A stretch of DNA of 64,000 nucleotides from Candidatus Latescibacterota bacterium. GTDB taxonomy: Bacteria; Latescibacterota; UBA2968; UBA8231. Under the pieces are notes generated by a model that made no database searches, was not told where the DNA came from, and worked only from the letters and a program-made list of their open reading frames with translations. Where the stretch lies: positions 1,280,001 to 1,344,000 of the forward strand of contig CBDFJF010000001.1 in NCBI GenBank assembly GCA_965248265.1. The letters are read 5' to 3'. This document shows, in pieces, positions 38,323 to 48,007 of the stretch (its first letter is position 1; each line of letters starts with the position of its first letter). A program made the translations under genes and the position numbers.

Positions 38323-40175
38323 GGCACCTCACCCGTCACTCGCTCACTCACCCACTCACCGCTGCCTTCCACGAGAGTGTGATAGCGTCCAGGAGCAAGG
38401 TCCCGCCAGCGCTCCCGCAGTCCGCTGGGCCAGAGGACCTCCACGTAAGTGACGGCTTCGCTGTCGCCCAGGCCGAACAGCAGCCGGGGATCGCTCGACG
38501 CCAGGTAGCTGGCAGCGGCGCGTGACCGCCTGACGAGGGGCGCTTCACCGTCGCGGACGAGCGTCGCTACCGCGCCAACCATGTCTCGACCCGTTCGCCC
38601 CACCAGTCGCAAACCCAACCAGCCCGATCTGCGGGCTGTCTGATTCACCAGCAGTTGCACGGGCCCGCTGTTGTTGCAGATGAGCACATCGGGATCGCCG
38701 TCTTCATCTACGTCGCCCACCGCCGCTCCACGGCTGACGTGCGGCAGCGCCAGGACCGGCGCCTGCGCACTGGCGTTCACGAAACGGCCACCTCTGTTGA
38801 GGAACAGCTGATTCGGCTGTTCGAGCGGCAGTGGATCGCCCGTCGCTCGCAGTTGTCGGATGGTCCTGACGGCGCCGTTTACGGCCACCAGATCGAGCCA
38901 GCCGTCGTTGTCCACGTCGAGCAGGGCGGTACCGAAGCCGGTCAAACCCATACTCGGGGGGCCGAGCCCGGCAGCGGCGGTGCGGTCGAAGAACAGACCG
39001 CTGCCGTCGTTTACGTAGAGTGTGTTGACTTCCATCAACAGATGGGTCATGAACAGGTCTTCGTCCCCGTCCCCATCGACGTCGCCCGCATCCACCCCCA
39101 TGCTCGCCTGGACACGTCCCTGGGCGTCGACGGCGCTGCCGCTCATCATACCCTCCTCGCGAAAATGTCCCTCTCCCTGGTTCATCCAGAGTTTGTTGGG
39201 AGTCTGGTCGTTGGCCACATAGATGTCGATCCAGCCGTTGCCGTCGAAATCAGCGCTCACCACACCGAGACCGGGACCAGGAGCGGCAATCAACCCGACC
39301 TCGCTGGACACGTCGGCGAATGTTCCGTCACCGAGATTGCGCAACAACCGGTCCGTCTCCGGTCTGTATTTGCTCGGGCCGCAGTATTCGGGCGCGCCGT
39401 GCTCGGTGGAGCAGACTTTGTGACTGGCGATCCGGAAGTCGACGTAGTTGACGACGTACAGATCGAGAAGACCGTCGTGATCGAAGTCGACGAAGGCCGC
39501 GCTCGTCGACCAGCGGGAATCGTCCGTCCCGCTCTCTGCCGTGGCATCGGAGAAGGTGCCGTCTCCCGCGTTGCGCCACAGCTGATTGGCGCCCAGGTTC
39601 GTCACATAGAGATCGACCCGGCTGTCGCCGTCGTAGTCACCGGCGGCCACACCCATACCGTAACCGTAGGCCTCGATGCCGCTCGCGTCGGTCACATCGC
39701 TAAAGCGCAGCAGGCCCCTTCCACCTGGCGAGGTCGTGAGGTCGTTGCGGAACATGCGATCACGAAGTGGCGCGTCCTCAGCGGCAGGTAACAGGGCCTC
39801 GCTCAACTCCACGCCACCGAGCATCCGACCCTGTACCAGATAGACATCGAGATCGCCGTCGTCATCGTAATCGAACAGGGCGCCCCCTGCCCCCATGATC
39901 TCGCCGAGGTAGTATTCGCCCGACATGCCGTTGAAGTGGTTGAAATCGAGTCCCGTTTCATTGGCTCTGTCTACGAACGCGACGGACACTGATCCATCGC
40001 CAGAGGACGCCGGTCCGCTGCCCGAGTCCTGGCAGGCGAGTATCTGCAGCAACACTGCGAAGAGGACGGCAGGCTGCCGTATCGAGAAGGTCTGCGCGGG
40101 ATTTCTCCCCCCGTGCACGATGGAATGGCGGCTGTGCACGCTGCAGCGACCAACAACCGAGCGATCCAGTTTCAA
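38319..40175 (-). CDS. CRTAC1 family protein (FG-GAP plus ASPIC/UnbV), putative lipoprotein; start uncertain
   Basis: DYDDDGDLD repeats, SYLASSDPRLLFGLG and WPSG motifs. ILAC lipobox-like site. Confidence 0.9.
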   Translation of the reverse strand: MKLDRSVVGRCSVHSRHSIVHGGRNPAQTFSIRQPAVLFAVLLQILACQDSGSGPASSGDGSVSVAFVDRANETGLDFNHFNGMSGEYYLGEIMGAGGALFDYDDDGDLDVYLVQGRMLGGVELSEALLPAAEDAPLRDRMFRNDLTTSPGGRGLLRFSDVTDASGIEAYGYGMGVAAGDYDGDSRVDLYVTNLGANQLWRNAGDGTFSDATAESGTDDSRWSTSAAFVDFDHDGLLDLYVVNYVDFRIASHKVCSTEHGAPEYCGPSKYRPETDRLLRNLGDGTFADVSSEVGLIAAPGPGLGVVSADFDGNGWIDIYVANDQTPNKLWMNQGEGHFREEGMMSGSAVDAQGRVQASMGVDAGDVDGDGDEDLFMTHLLMEVNTLYVNDGSGLFFDRTAAAGLGPPSMGLTGFGTALLDVDNDGWLDLVAVNGAVRTIRQLRATGDPLPLEQPNQLFLNRGGRFVNASAQAPVLALPHVSRGAAVGDVDEDGDPDVLICNNSGPVQLLVNQTARRSGWLGLRLVGRTGRDMVGAVATLVRDGEAPLVRRSRAAASYLASSDPRLLFGLGDSEAVTYVEVLWPSGLRERWRDLAPGRYHTLVEGSGEWVSERVTGEVP

Positions 40176-42427
40176 CGGGCTCCTAGACCTTCCTCGAACA
40201 TCTGCTCCGCCCGCTCGCGCAACTCTCCGAAAATTTCCTCGCGCTGCAGGAGCATCCGGTGCGTCTGCCGCGCCTCCACGGCCTTTTCCGGTTCGCCCAT
40301 CTTGCCGTAGAGACGGCCCAGGTGATTGTACACCTGGGCCTCTTCCCCTTGCTGGATGAGGCGCTCGTACTGCTGAACCGCCTCGCTGTTGCGTTCTAGC
40401 CCTTCATAGGCGAGGGCCAGATTCCGGCGTGCGAGCACGTGACCCGGGGTTCTGTCTAGGACATGGGAAAACTCCGCAGCAGCCGCCGCGAATTCCCGTT
40501 GTCTCAGATAGTTGTATCCCAGATTGTTGCGCACATCGTCATGCTCGGGCCGCCGTTCCAGGAGCAGCAGGTACTCGCGCTCCGCTTCCACCCAGCGTCC
40601 CCCTTGCTGGTAGAGGACTGCAATATTGTACCTGGCGTCAAAATGATCGGGGTCAAGTTCCAAGACTTTCAAGTAGGATTTCTCGGCGGCCTCTGGGCGG
40701 TCCGCCAGACGCAGGGCCCCGGCCAGGCCATAGTGGGAGCGGGCAGTTGTCGGTTCGATTTCGACGATCTCCTCGAACAGGGCGACGGCCTCTTCAATTC
40801 CTTCCTGCCCGAGATAGAGATTGGCCAGATTGCGCCGGGGATCCGCCCTGTGCGGAAACAGCTCTGCCAACAGCCGGAATTGCTCTTGAGCCTCAGCGCG
40901 GTTATCGAGATCGACAAGGAGCTCACCCAACTTGAGGCGTGCATCGTAGTGACCCTCATCCAGGTCGAGGGCTTTTCGCAGCTCCAAGGTCGCCCTCGCC
41001 GGCATGCCCTTGCGGGCGTAGGCCAGCGCGACGTGGTATCGGTCCTGGGCATCGTCCGACTGCTTGATGGCTCTGGCATTCAACGGCCACGCAACAAGAA
41101 GGAGCAAACCCGCTGCCGGCAGCACGATGCGCCACTGCCGGGCTGACACCTGGTCCTTCAGCCACGCGCCGGCGTAGCAGGCCAGCAGGATCAGCAGTGG
41201 TATGGCGGGCAGACGGTAGCGGGCGGTCACGGAGAAGGCGATGACCGCCCCTGCATAACACAACACGAACAATACCAGCAGACCCGCTCGTCTCTCCACC
41301 ATGGCCAGCAGCAGGCCGGCCAGGGCCAATGGGCCCACGATGCCGAATGGGAAGGCCAGCCAATGATGCCACACCAGCCCGGCCAGCAAGTCAGAATGGG
41401 CCCGGGCAAAATAGATATCGGCATGACGCCGAATCTCTCCGCCCTGCCAGAAATCGAACGTTTTCGTGGCCAGCGACTGCAGATAGGCTGCCGGCTCCTC
41501 TCTGGCGAACGAGGTCGCCTCCCGCCAGAAGTAAGCCGATTGTTCGGAGGGTTTCTCCAATCCCTGCCGGACCGGCTGTCGGGTCAGCTCATCCCAATCC
41601 GCACCCGGTCCCAACCTGACCGTTCGCTCGTGATCCGGGTTGTTGCCCAGATAAAAACTCAAGCCCGAGTCCGATGAGAGCAGGACCAGGTCCGCACCCT
41701 TGTGGTGGTTTCGCCACGTCGTGCTGCCGATGACGAGAAGCATCCCCAGCGCCAGCAACAGGACGCGGCTGAGCCGGGCGGGTAGCCCCAGATCTGTGCG
41801 CCAGAATATCCATCCGGCCACGCCCAAACTGAAGAGGAGGACATGGGCAACGGCCAGGCCGGCCAGGCCCAGCAGGAGTCCAGCAGCAAGACACGCCCAG
41901 GGGGTTCTAACGGTACCGGGGCGAAGGAGAAAGAGTACGAGGCTCAAATTGAGGAGGATAGCCAGCGTCGGGGGCAGAAGTACCCCCTCGAAGTAGATCA
42001 GCGGTCCGTACACCGCAGCCACGGTCCCGGCCACCAGACCGATGCCGGGCGAGGAGAATACCCGTCGGCCGATCAGGTAGAGCAGCACGACGCTGAGCGC
42101 GCCCAGGGTGTGCTGGATCAGGCGGTAGACGTGGTAATCAGCCCCGAAGAGCCAGTATACTGCCCCCAGGAAAGCGGGATAGAGCGGCGGCCATGTGAAC
42201 GGCTCGTCTCCCAGGCTGAACGTCGCAGCGAGCTGTTCGGCTTGCTGGAAGTAGCTCTGGGCGTCCGCGACGGGGGCATCGAAGAACGGGCTCTGAGCAG
42301 CGATCTCGTGGAGGTAGAGCAGGCGCCAGAGAAGGGCGAAGGCGAACAGGACCACGGCGCCGTACCACGTTCGGCCCGAGCACTCCCGGCAAAGCCGTTT
42401 CGTCCTCCGGATCAGTCTGTCGAGCAA
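40172..42427 (-). CDS. GT39/PMT_2 (ArnT-like) membrane glycosyltransferase with C-terminal TPR domain
   Basis: DAQSY, PPLYPAFL, YGPLIYFEG, FYLGNNP and TARYRLP motifs, many TM helices, then TPR repeats. Confidence 0.85.
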   Translation of the reverse strand: MLDRLIRRTKRLCRECSGRTWYGAVVLFAFALLWRLLYLHEIAAQSPFFDAPVADAQSYFQQAEQLAATFSLGDEPFTWPPLYPAFLGAVYWLFGADYHVYRLIQHTLGALSVVLLYLIGRRVFSSPGIGLVAGTVAAVYGPLIYFEGVLLPPTLAILLNLSLVLFLLRPGTVRTPWACLAAGLLLGLAGLAVAHVLLFSLGVAGWIFWRTDLGLPARLSRVLLLALGMLLVIGSTTWRNHHKGADLVLLSSDSGLSFYLGNNPDHERTVRLGPGADWDELTRQPVRQGLEKPSEQSAYFWREATSFAREEPAAYLQSLATKTFDFWQGGEIRRHADIYFARAHSDLLAGLVWHHWLAFPFGIVGPLALAGLLLAMVERRAGLLVLFVLCYAGAVIAFSVTARYRLPAIPLLILLACYAGAWLKDQVSARQWRIVLPAAGLLLLVAWPLNARAIKQSDDAQDRYHVALAYARKGMPARATLELRKALDLDEGHYDARLKLGELLVDLDNRAEAQEQFRLLAELFPHRADPRRNLANLYLGQEGIEEAVALFEEIVEIEPTTARSHYGLAGALRLADRPEAAEKSYLKVLELDPDHFDARYNIAVLYQQGGRWVEAEREYLLLLERRPEHDDVRNNLGYNYLRQREFAAAAAEFSHVLDRTPGHVLARRNLALAYEGLERNSEAVQQYERLIQQGEEAQVYNHLGRLYGKMGEPEKAVEARQTHRMLLQREEIFGELRERAEQMFEEGLGAR

Positions 42428-42465
42428 GTTCGCGGGAGTTGTGTTGCTGGTGATGTGCGTCGCTT

Positions 42466-42891
42466 TCAGATCACGGCCTCGTGCTCGATGAGGACCCGAT
42501 CCGGATTCTGCCTCCCGGTCCCCGTCGTGGTGCCCGCCAGGTACTTAATTCGAACGGTATCACCCGGCTTGACCCGGAACAGCGTTTTTCGCGCCTCACC
42601 GACCTCGCCCTGGACCTTCTCGATGTTGACGTTGAAGCCGGGACTTTCTTCTTCTACCGGAACCGGGACGGCCTTCCGGGCATCGGCTCTGAGGGTGAAG
42701 TCCGCCGTCGTGCCCACCACCTGGATCCGGTAGATATTCTCAGGGGTTTCATTCAAGAACAGGATTTCGTCATCTTCCCCCCCACGGCTATCGACCAACT
42801 TCCTTCCGCCACAGTCGGATAGCGCGAACGACGAGAGCAGCACAGTCAGCAATACCATCACCTTGCCCATGACACGATCCTCCATTGTCAC
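42466..42891 (-). CDS. Small exported hypothetical protein (possible lipoprotein)
   Basis: Hydrophobic signal ending ALSDC and a beta-rich mature part. Lies in operon spacing. Confidence 0.65.
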   Translation of the reverse strand: MTMEDRVMGKVMVLLTVLLSSFALSDCGGRKLVDSRGGEDDEILFLNETPENIYRIQVVGTTADFTLRADARKAVPVPVEEESPGFNVNIEKVQGEVGEARKTLFRVKPGDTVRIKYLAGTTTGTGRQNPDRVLIEHEAVI

Positions 42892-42900
42892 CTTGTGGGG

Positions 42901-45099
42901 TTACTTACTGGACAGGCTCTCGAAACGCTTCAGCATGGCTGTCGCTTCCTCCGCCTGGCCCTGCGCCGAGCGAAGTTGGGATAGATTGTAGTAAGCCTCT
43001 GCATAACCCCGATCGATTTCAACGGCCCGCTTCAGGGCCCTTTCCGCTTCATCGTGGCGTCCTGCGTCCGTATACAGTCCACCGAGCTCATTCCATGCTT
43101 CCTTGTAGGCTGGATTGAGCCTCAAAGCCCGCATCAGTGAATTTTCAGCCTCCTCGGGACGTCCTTGTTTGTTGTACAGGACCCCGAGCTCGTAGCGCGG
43201 TTCCGCGACGCTCGAATCGGCTTCGATGGCTTGCCACAGGGCCTTCTCCGCCTCCTCGTAGCGTCCCTGATTGGAATAAAAAAAGGACAACAGGCGGTGC
43301 GTGTAGGCGGATCTAACCCCTTCCAGGCGAAGGGCGTTTTCCAGTTCGGCGTACGCGGCCTCGAAGTTTCCGTCGGCCACGTGCGCCTGCGCGAGATCGT
43401 GCAGGCTGTCGCGGGTTGCCTCCTGTATTCGGGGATCGAGGGAGGAGTCATCCTCGGGAAGCCTTACGGCGCTGAGTTCACTCGCGAAGGTTTGCACCTG
43501 ATCCGCATACTTCTCCCGCACGTCTGCGAGCAGGCTGTTGAACAGCTGCTCCTCTGTCTTCAACCGAAGGTTGGCCGTCGCCCGAATTTTAGCCGCGGCG
43601 AATGGTTGCAATTTGCCCCCGCTCCTCTCCAGCACCCGGAAGACGGAATAGCCCTGCGGGACCTGCACTGGGCCAACGAGCTGACCCAACTCTGCGGCGA
43701 GCGCCTGGTCCAGCAGCTTCCCGTACCTGGCTCGCTGATACCCGTGTATGTGCAGATTCCCGTCCTCGGTACCGTGTCGTGTAGTCAGATGTACCAGGTC
43801 CTCAAACGGTTGCCCTGACTCCAACCGTTGACGCACGACGGTGGCCGCGTCCAGATCGTCCACGAGAATCTCCTGGATCGAGATCTGGTCAGGCTCGACG
43901 AACATGTCGTGGTGATCCAGGTAGAACCGCCTGGCCTCCTCCTCGCTCACCTCCACCTGGTCGCGGAGCGACGTCCGCAGAGCCATGAGCAGGAGCTTGA
44001 CCTCCTTGCGTTTTTTCCACTCGAGCGCTTGGGGGGTCTCTTGATACTCCAGCTTCCGAGACGCCTCCCAAATCATGATGTCGGGCACTACCCAGCTCCA
44101 GGCGGCCTCCACCACGGCGACACTGTCCCCGAGCGCGGGCATGCGTCGACGCTGGCGAAACGCCCAGTCGTAATCGCCGACCGTTATTTCTCCCCCTTCG
44201 TAGGTAAACAGCGTGGTGGCCGCCTCGGCGGGCGTGAGCTGTGGACGGGACGTTCCACCAGGCTCCTTGCCTACCAGGATCGCCAGTCCCTCCGGTTTCA
44301 GCGAAAGGCCTGATTCGTAGGCCAGCTCCTCGACCAGAGCCCGCCGCGCGACCGTCTGTTTCTCCAGCCCCAGATCGGAGCTCACTCTCTGACGGTTCCT
44401 GGGTGAGCTACCTTCCCGCTCATCGGTGAAGCGGATGAGGAGATAGTCACCGCCCGACGGCAGCGGCTCCGAGACTTCACCCAATTCCAGCTCGCGGAAG
44501 AGTTGGACGGGAATACCCCATCGGCGGACCGCGGATCCGTAGACGAAACCGAATTCCCCACCCTTTTCGGCATTGCGCTCGTCTATCGAGTGGAGCCGGG
44601 CCAGCTCGGCGAAATCAGCCCCCTCTTCCAGGCGCTGGCGAATCCCGGTGACCTGCTCTTCGGCCTCCACAACTATCCAGCTCAGGAGCCTCTGGCGGTC
44701 GAGCCCGTCTCTGACGAGACGCGCCTGCACTTCTTGCTCGGTGATGCTGACGAGAGGACTGAGGTGGCGTCTCTCGTAGTGATCGACGATGTGCCTGCGA
44801 AAGGCATATTCGTAGTCGGCCTGAACAGTGCTGGTGGTGTCGATGCCGCGAGAGCGGGTTTCGAGTACGAGCAGCTTTTCGTCGATGAGCGTCTGCAGGT
44901 AGTCGCGGCGGGCTGCATCCCCGACCTTTTTGCTGCGCAGTCCCGGCAACAGCGAAGCGGCGAACTCCTCGACTTCGCGCCGGTCGATGGACTCCTCGCC
45001 GACCCGGGCAACGACTGGAGTGACCTCTGCCTGCTCGCCGGGAGGCGCATCGGCGCAGGCGACGACGAGGAGACAAGCCGGAGCTATTTTTCGAATCAA
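42901..45099 (-). CDS. Lipoprotein peptidyl-prolyl isomerase with two parvulin domains and C-terminal TPR (SurA/PrsA-like foldase)
   Basis: VVAC lipobox. First parvulin domain: GADFAELARLHSID..GGEFG..GEVSEP. Second: EILV..GQPFEDL..VGPV..GYSVFRV. TPR tail. Confidence 0.85.
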   Translation of the reverse strand: MIRKIAPACLLVVACADAPPGEQAEVTPVVARVGEESIDRREVEEFAASLLPGLRSKKVGDAARRDYLQTLIDEKLLVLETRSRGIDTTSTVQADYEYAFRRHIVDHYERRHLSPLVSITEQEVQARLVRDGLDRQRLLSWIVVEAEEQVTGIRQRLEEGADFAELARLHSIDERNAEKGGEFGFVYGSAVRRWGIPVQLFRELELGEVSEPLPSGGDYLLIRFTDEREGSSPRNRQRVSSDLGLEKQTVARRALVEELAYESGLSLKPEGLAILVGKEPGGTSRPQLTPAEAATTLFTYEGGEITVGDYDWAFRQRRRMPALGDSVAVVEAAWSWVVPDIMIWEASRKLEYQETPQALEWKKRKEVKLLLMALRTSLRDQVEVSEEEARRFYLDHHDMFVEPDQISIQEILVDDLDAATVVRQRLESGQPFEDLVHLTTRHGTEDGNLHIHGYQRARYGKLLDQALAAELGQLVGPVQVPQGYSVFRVLERSGGKLQPFAAAKIRATANLRLKTEEQLFNSLLADVREKYADQVQTFASELSAVRLPEDDSSLDPRIQEATRDSLHDLAQAHVADGNFEAAYAELENALRLEGVRSAYTHRLLSFFYSNQGRYEEAEKALWQAIEADSSVAEPRYELGVLYNKQGRPEEAENSLMRALRLNPAYKEAWNELGGLYTDAGRHDEAERALKRAVEIDRGYAEAYYNLSQLRSAQGQAEEATAMLKRFESLSSK

Positions 45100-45111
45100 G
45101 TGGTCCTCAAT

Positions 45112-47967
45112 TCACTCCAGCCCGGCGAAAACGCTGATAAAGGTGGTCTGTATGTTCCTGGCCGGACCGTTCTCAGGATCGCGCCGGTCGAACTTGACCC
45201 CCATCTGAGTACTCAGTTTGTAGCCCAGATAGTCCCCCGTGTTGGTGAACTGCACGGCCAGGACGCGACTGTTCTGATCGTTGAGATCCTCCCTCAGATC
45301 CCTGAACTGGATGTACTCCACACCTGCTTCGACAAAAGTCCTGTTCAGGATCGGGTAGCGACCGAGCAGGGAGAACAGCTCCATGAGATTTTCGCGCTCA
45401 CCCACGTTGGCATGATCGCGCGTCTGGTTCCGGTACTCGCTCTTCCACCTCGGCTCCAGTTCCAACAGGCCCAGATCGAACTCGTAGGCGACTTTGTTGA
45501 TGACGCCGAAAAAATGCTCGTTCTGCAGCTGGTTGCGAATTCTGCGATCCTGCCTGTCGAGCTCAGTGTGGGTCAGGTCCCACTTGACCGTGTTGATGAA
45601 GCGCAGGTTACGCATGCCGGTGTAGTCGAAATTCAACCACAGGCTGTTGTGCCAGGCGTCCTCGAGCAGGAGCGGGTCGGTGATGTTCAGCGCTTGCCCT
45701 TCGGACTCGGGGGTCTGGTAGGCCCACTGGAGCAAGTTCTCGCGAATGTTGTCCTGGGCGCGCTTGACCATGTCGAAGACGCGCAGTCGACCGAGCCCAG
45801 GATAGTCGCGGTCGAGAGTGGCGAGCAGGTAGTTGGTCTCGTTGTCGCGGTTTTCCGAGATGAGGCGCTCGTCCATGCGGCCGACGATCACTCGAAACTC
45901 CGGGGTGATGTTGGCGCCGCCGTAGATATTGTAGCCTCGGTGATCCCGTCGATAGGGATAATCGGGCTCGTTGTCGTTCTCGAACCGGTCTATCCAGCCG
46001 TTGTTGTTCATGTCGGGACCGAAGAGGAATTCTGGTCTGTCCACGTTGAAGCGGAGGAAGGGCTCTTCGTAGTCTGGAAAGTCGTTGCGTCGTGCGCTGG
46101 CGCGGTTGTCGTTCTGGTTGAAGTCGGAGATGAAGTCGTTGTTTTCGTCCCATCCGGGGAATATCTCGAAGTCGCCGTTGCCCGCGCCTTTGCGCGCCAG
46201 GTCGGGAAACCGGTCCTGATCGTCGTTGTCGTCGACGAATTCATAGAAGTCGCGCGGGTCGCCGTAGTCGACGAACCCGGTCCTTGGCGCCCCTGTCGTG
46301 GTGACCGCCGTGGTGGAGTAATCGTGGTCCATGCTGAAGGCTTCACCAAACAGGAAAAATGGATAGGTCTCTTTGGAGACGTTTACCATCCAGGCCTCGG
46401 CGCGGCGATCACCCTCGATGCCGGAGAATGCGTCGTGGGTGATCAGGTTGGCGTTGGGGTACATCCTGTAGCTGTAGGACACGTCGTACTCCCCAAAGAC
46501 GTTGAAGCCGAGCACGTCCGTCACTTCGATGGTGCCGCCGACGACATGGGTGGCCGTGGGCAGGCCGTAGTCGAAGATGAGCAGGCGCAGATTGGAATTG
46601 TCCTGGACGTTGCCCTCTGCCCGGGCCACGAGCCGTGGCGCTGGTTGCTCTGCCTCCGAGCCCCCCCCGCCCACGTGAGTGGTCTGGCGATTGGAGTTCA
46701 CCCAGACCTGGTAGTCATTGCCGACCGGCACCTGGAAGCGGACCCTTTCGATCTCCGATTTGTCTCCGCGAGCATTGTCCACGAAGCCTGCGGGGCCCGT
46801 GCTGTTGAAATCGTAGCGCACGCTGATCTCCTCACCGCCATCGGCGGCCCGGAAGCCGGTGCGCTCGAACCCGCCCTGGATCACCGGCTCGAAGCCGATC
46901 TGCCTGGCGGTCTCCTGCTCTCCATCGATGTAGGTGATGATGAGATCGGAGCCTCCCTCGAAAAAGGAGGCCCCTCCCACGCCGTCTTCCGGGGAGTCGT
47001 CCTTCAGGATGAGCTCGACCCATTCTACGGGGGACGCGTTCTGGTCCTGGGTCAATTCCCCCTTGATCAGACTGGCTTCGAAACTTTCCAGATCGGTGTG
47101 GGACTGATGTGCGTTGACGAAAGTGGCGCCGAGCTTGATGAAATCGCCCAGCTGGGTGGTCACCCGTCCGCCGAACAGGGTCGTGTTGTTGGTAAGCTTG
47201 CTAGGAGCAAGGGTTTCCTCGCCGCCGGTCCGGTTGATGCGGGAATAGATGACGGTGGCTTCGTACTTGTCGGAGGCGAAGTCCCATTGCAGACCGTCGA
47301 AGGCGGGCTTGGCAAAGGTCATCGGCGTGAGAATGGTGCGCAGTTGGTGCCCGATGCTCAACGACGTGTGGTACTGGCCCTTGTGGTCCGAAGCGATCAC
47401 GAGGCCAGAGAACCAAGTTCTGAACTTTTCGTCCTTGTAGAGTGAATTGCCCAACTGGGCCTCGGGCTGATCCTGGCTGTGGTCGTAGATCAGCCAGCCT
47501 TTGGAGATGAAGTTTCCGTAGAGATCGTAGTAATAGTCGCCTTGGATCCCGACATCGACGTAGCGTTGGAAGCGTTGACGGGCGTAGTTGGTGTACTCCC
47601 ACTGGCGCCAGCGGTATTCTTCGTGGAGCTCGCCCGGCAGGTACCATTTGCGCATGGCCGGATCGAGAGAGGTCGTGAGCACGCTGGTACCCTGCGGTTG
47701 ATAGCTCCAGACATCCGCCTTGCGGATGCCCAGGCGCGTGCCATAATCCTGCTGCGCGAGGGCGGGACCGGAAACCGCGATGACGGTCAGGGCGAAGATT
47801 GCCTCGCGGCGTAAGTACCTTGCCACGAGGTGCGCGCCGCGAGCGCGGATGGATTCTACCGCGCTCAACGGTGATGGACTTGCGCTGCGAGGCACTACAG
47901 CAGCACGGTTGGAAAAAGTCGGTCTTCTCAAAACAAACCCTCCTCTGTATACCCTTAGATCCCTCAA
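45112..47967 (-). CDS. Large exported protein, probable outer-membrane beta-barrel with Asp-rich Ca-binding-like loops (true start possibly GTG 47826)
   Basis: Signal peptide ending ALA-QQ, alternating amphipathic strands, C-terminal TTFISVFAGLE, and DxxDxD-type motifs. Confidence 0.7.
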   Translation of the reverse strand: MRDLRVYRGGFVLRRPTFSNRAAVVPRSASPSPLSAVESIRARGAHLVARYLRREAIFALTVIAVSGPALAQQDYGTRLGIRKADVWSYQPQGTSVLTTSLDPAMRKWYLPGELHEEYRWRQWEYTNYARQRFQRYVDVGIQGDYYYDLYGNFISKGWLIYDHSQDQPEAQLGNSLYKDEKFRTWFSGLVIASDHKGQYHTSLSIGHQLRTILTPMTFAKPAFDGLQWDFASDKYEATVIYSRINRTGGEETLAPSKLTNNTTLFGGRVTTQLGDFIKLGATFVNAHQSHTDLESFEASLIKGELTQDQNASPVEWVELILKDDSPEDGVGGASFFEGGSDLIITYIDGEQETARQIGFEPVIQGGFERTGFRAADGGEEISVRYDFNSTGPAGFVDNARGDKSEIERVRFQVPVGNDYQVWVNSNRQTTHVGGGGSEAEQPAPRLVARAEGNVQDNSNLRLLIFDYGLPTATHVVGGTIEVTDVLGFNVFGEYDVSYSYRMYPNANLITHDAFSGIEGDRRAEAWMVNVSKETYPFFLFGEAFSMDHDYSTTAVTTTGAPRTGFVDYGDPRDFYEFVDDNDDQDRFPDLARKGAGNGDFEIFPGWDENNDFISDFNQNDNRASARRNDFPDYEEPFLRFNVDRPEFLFGPDMNNNGWIDRFENDNEPDYPYRRDHRGYNIYGGANITPEFRVIVGRMDERLISENRDNETNYLLATLDRDYPGLGRLRVFDMVKRAQDNIRENLLQWAYQTPESEGQALNITDPLLLEDAWHNSLWLNFDYTGMRNLRFINTVKWDLTHTELDRQDRRIRNQLQNEHFFGVINKVAYEFDLGLLELEPRWKSEYRNQTRDHANVGERENLMELFSLLGRYPILNRTFVEAGVEYIQFRDLREDLNDQNSRVLAVQFTNTGDYLGYKLSTQMGVKFDRRDPENGPARNIQTTFISVFAGLE

Positions 47968-48007
47968 GCTCCTGTTTACCGTGCACGCCCGGCGATGAAG
48001 GCTTTCG

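Noticed and set aside
31451-40175. Recurrent GTCGTTGTCxTAGTC-like sequences as a CRISPR or DNA repeat array
   Set aside because: They encode the FG-GAP DYDNDG protein repeats, with irregular spacing and no cas genes.
44503-47445. 980-aa plus-strand ORF
   Set aside because: It is an antisense shadow of the barrel and PPIase genes, has no recognisable motifs, and is expected from high-GC codon bias.
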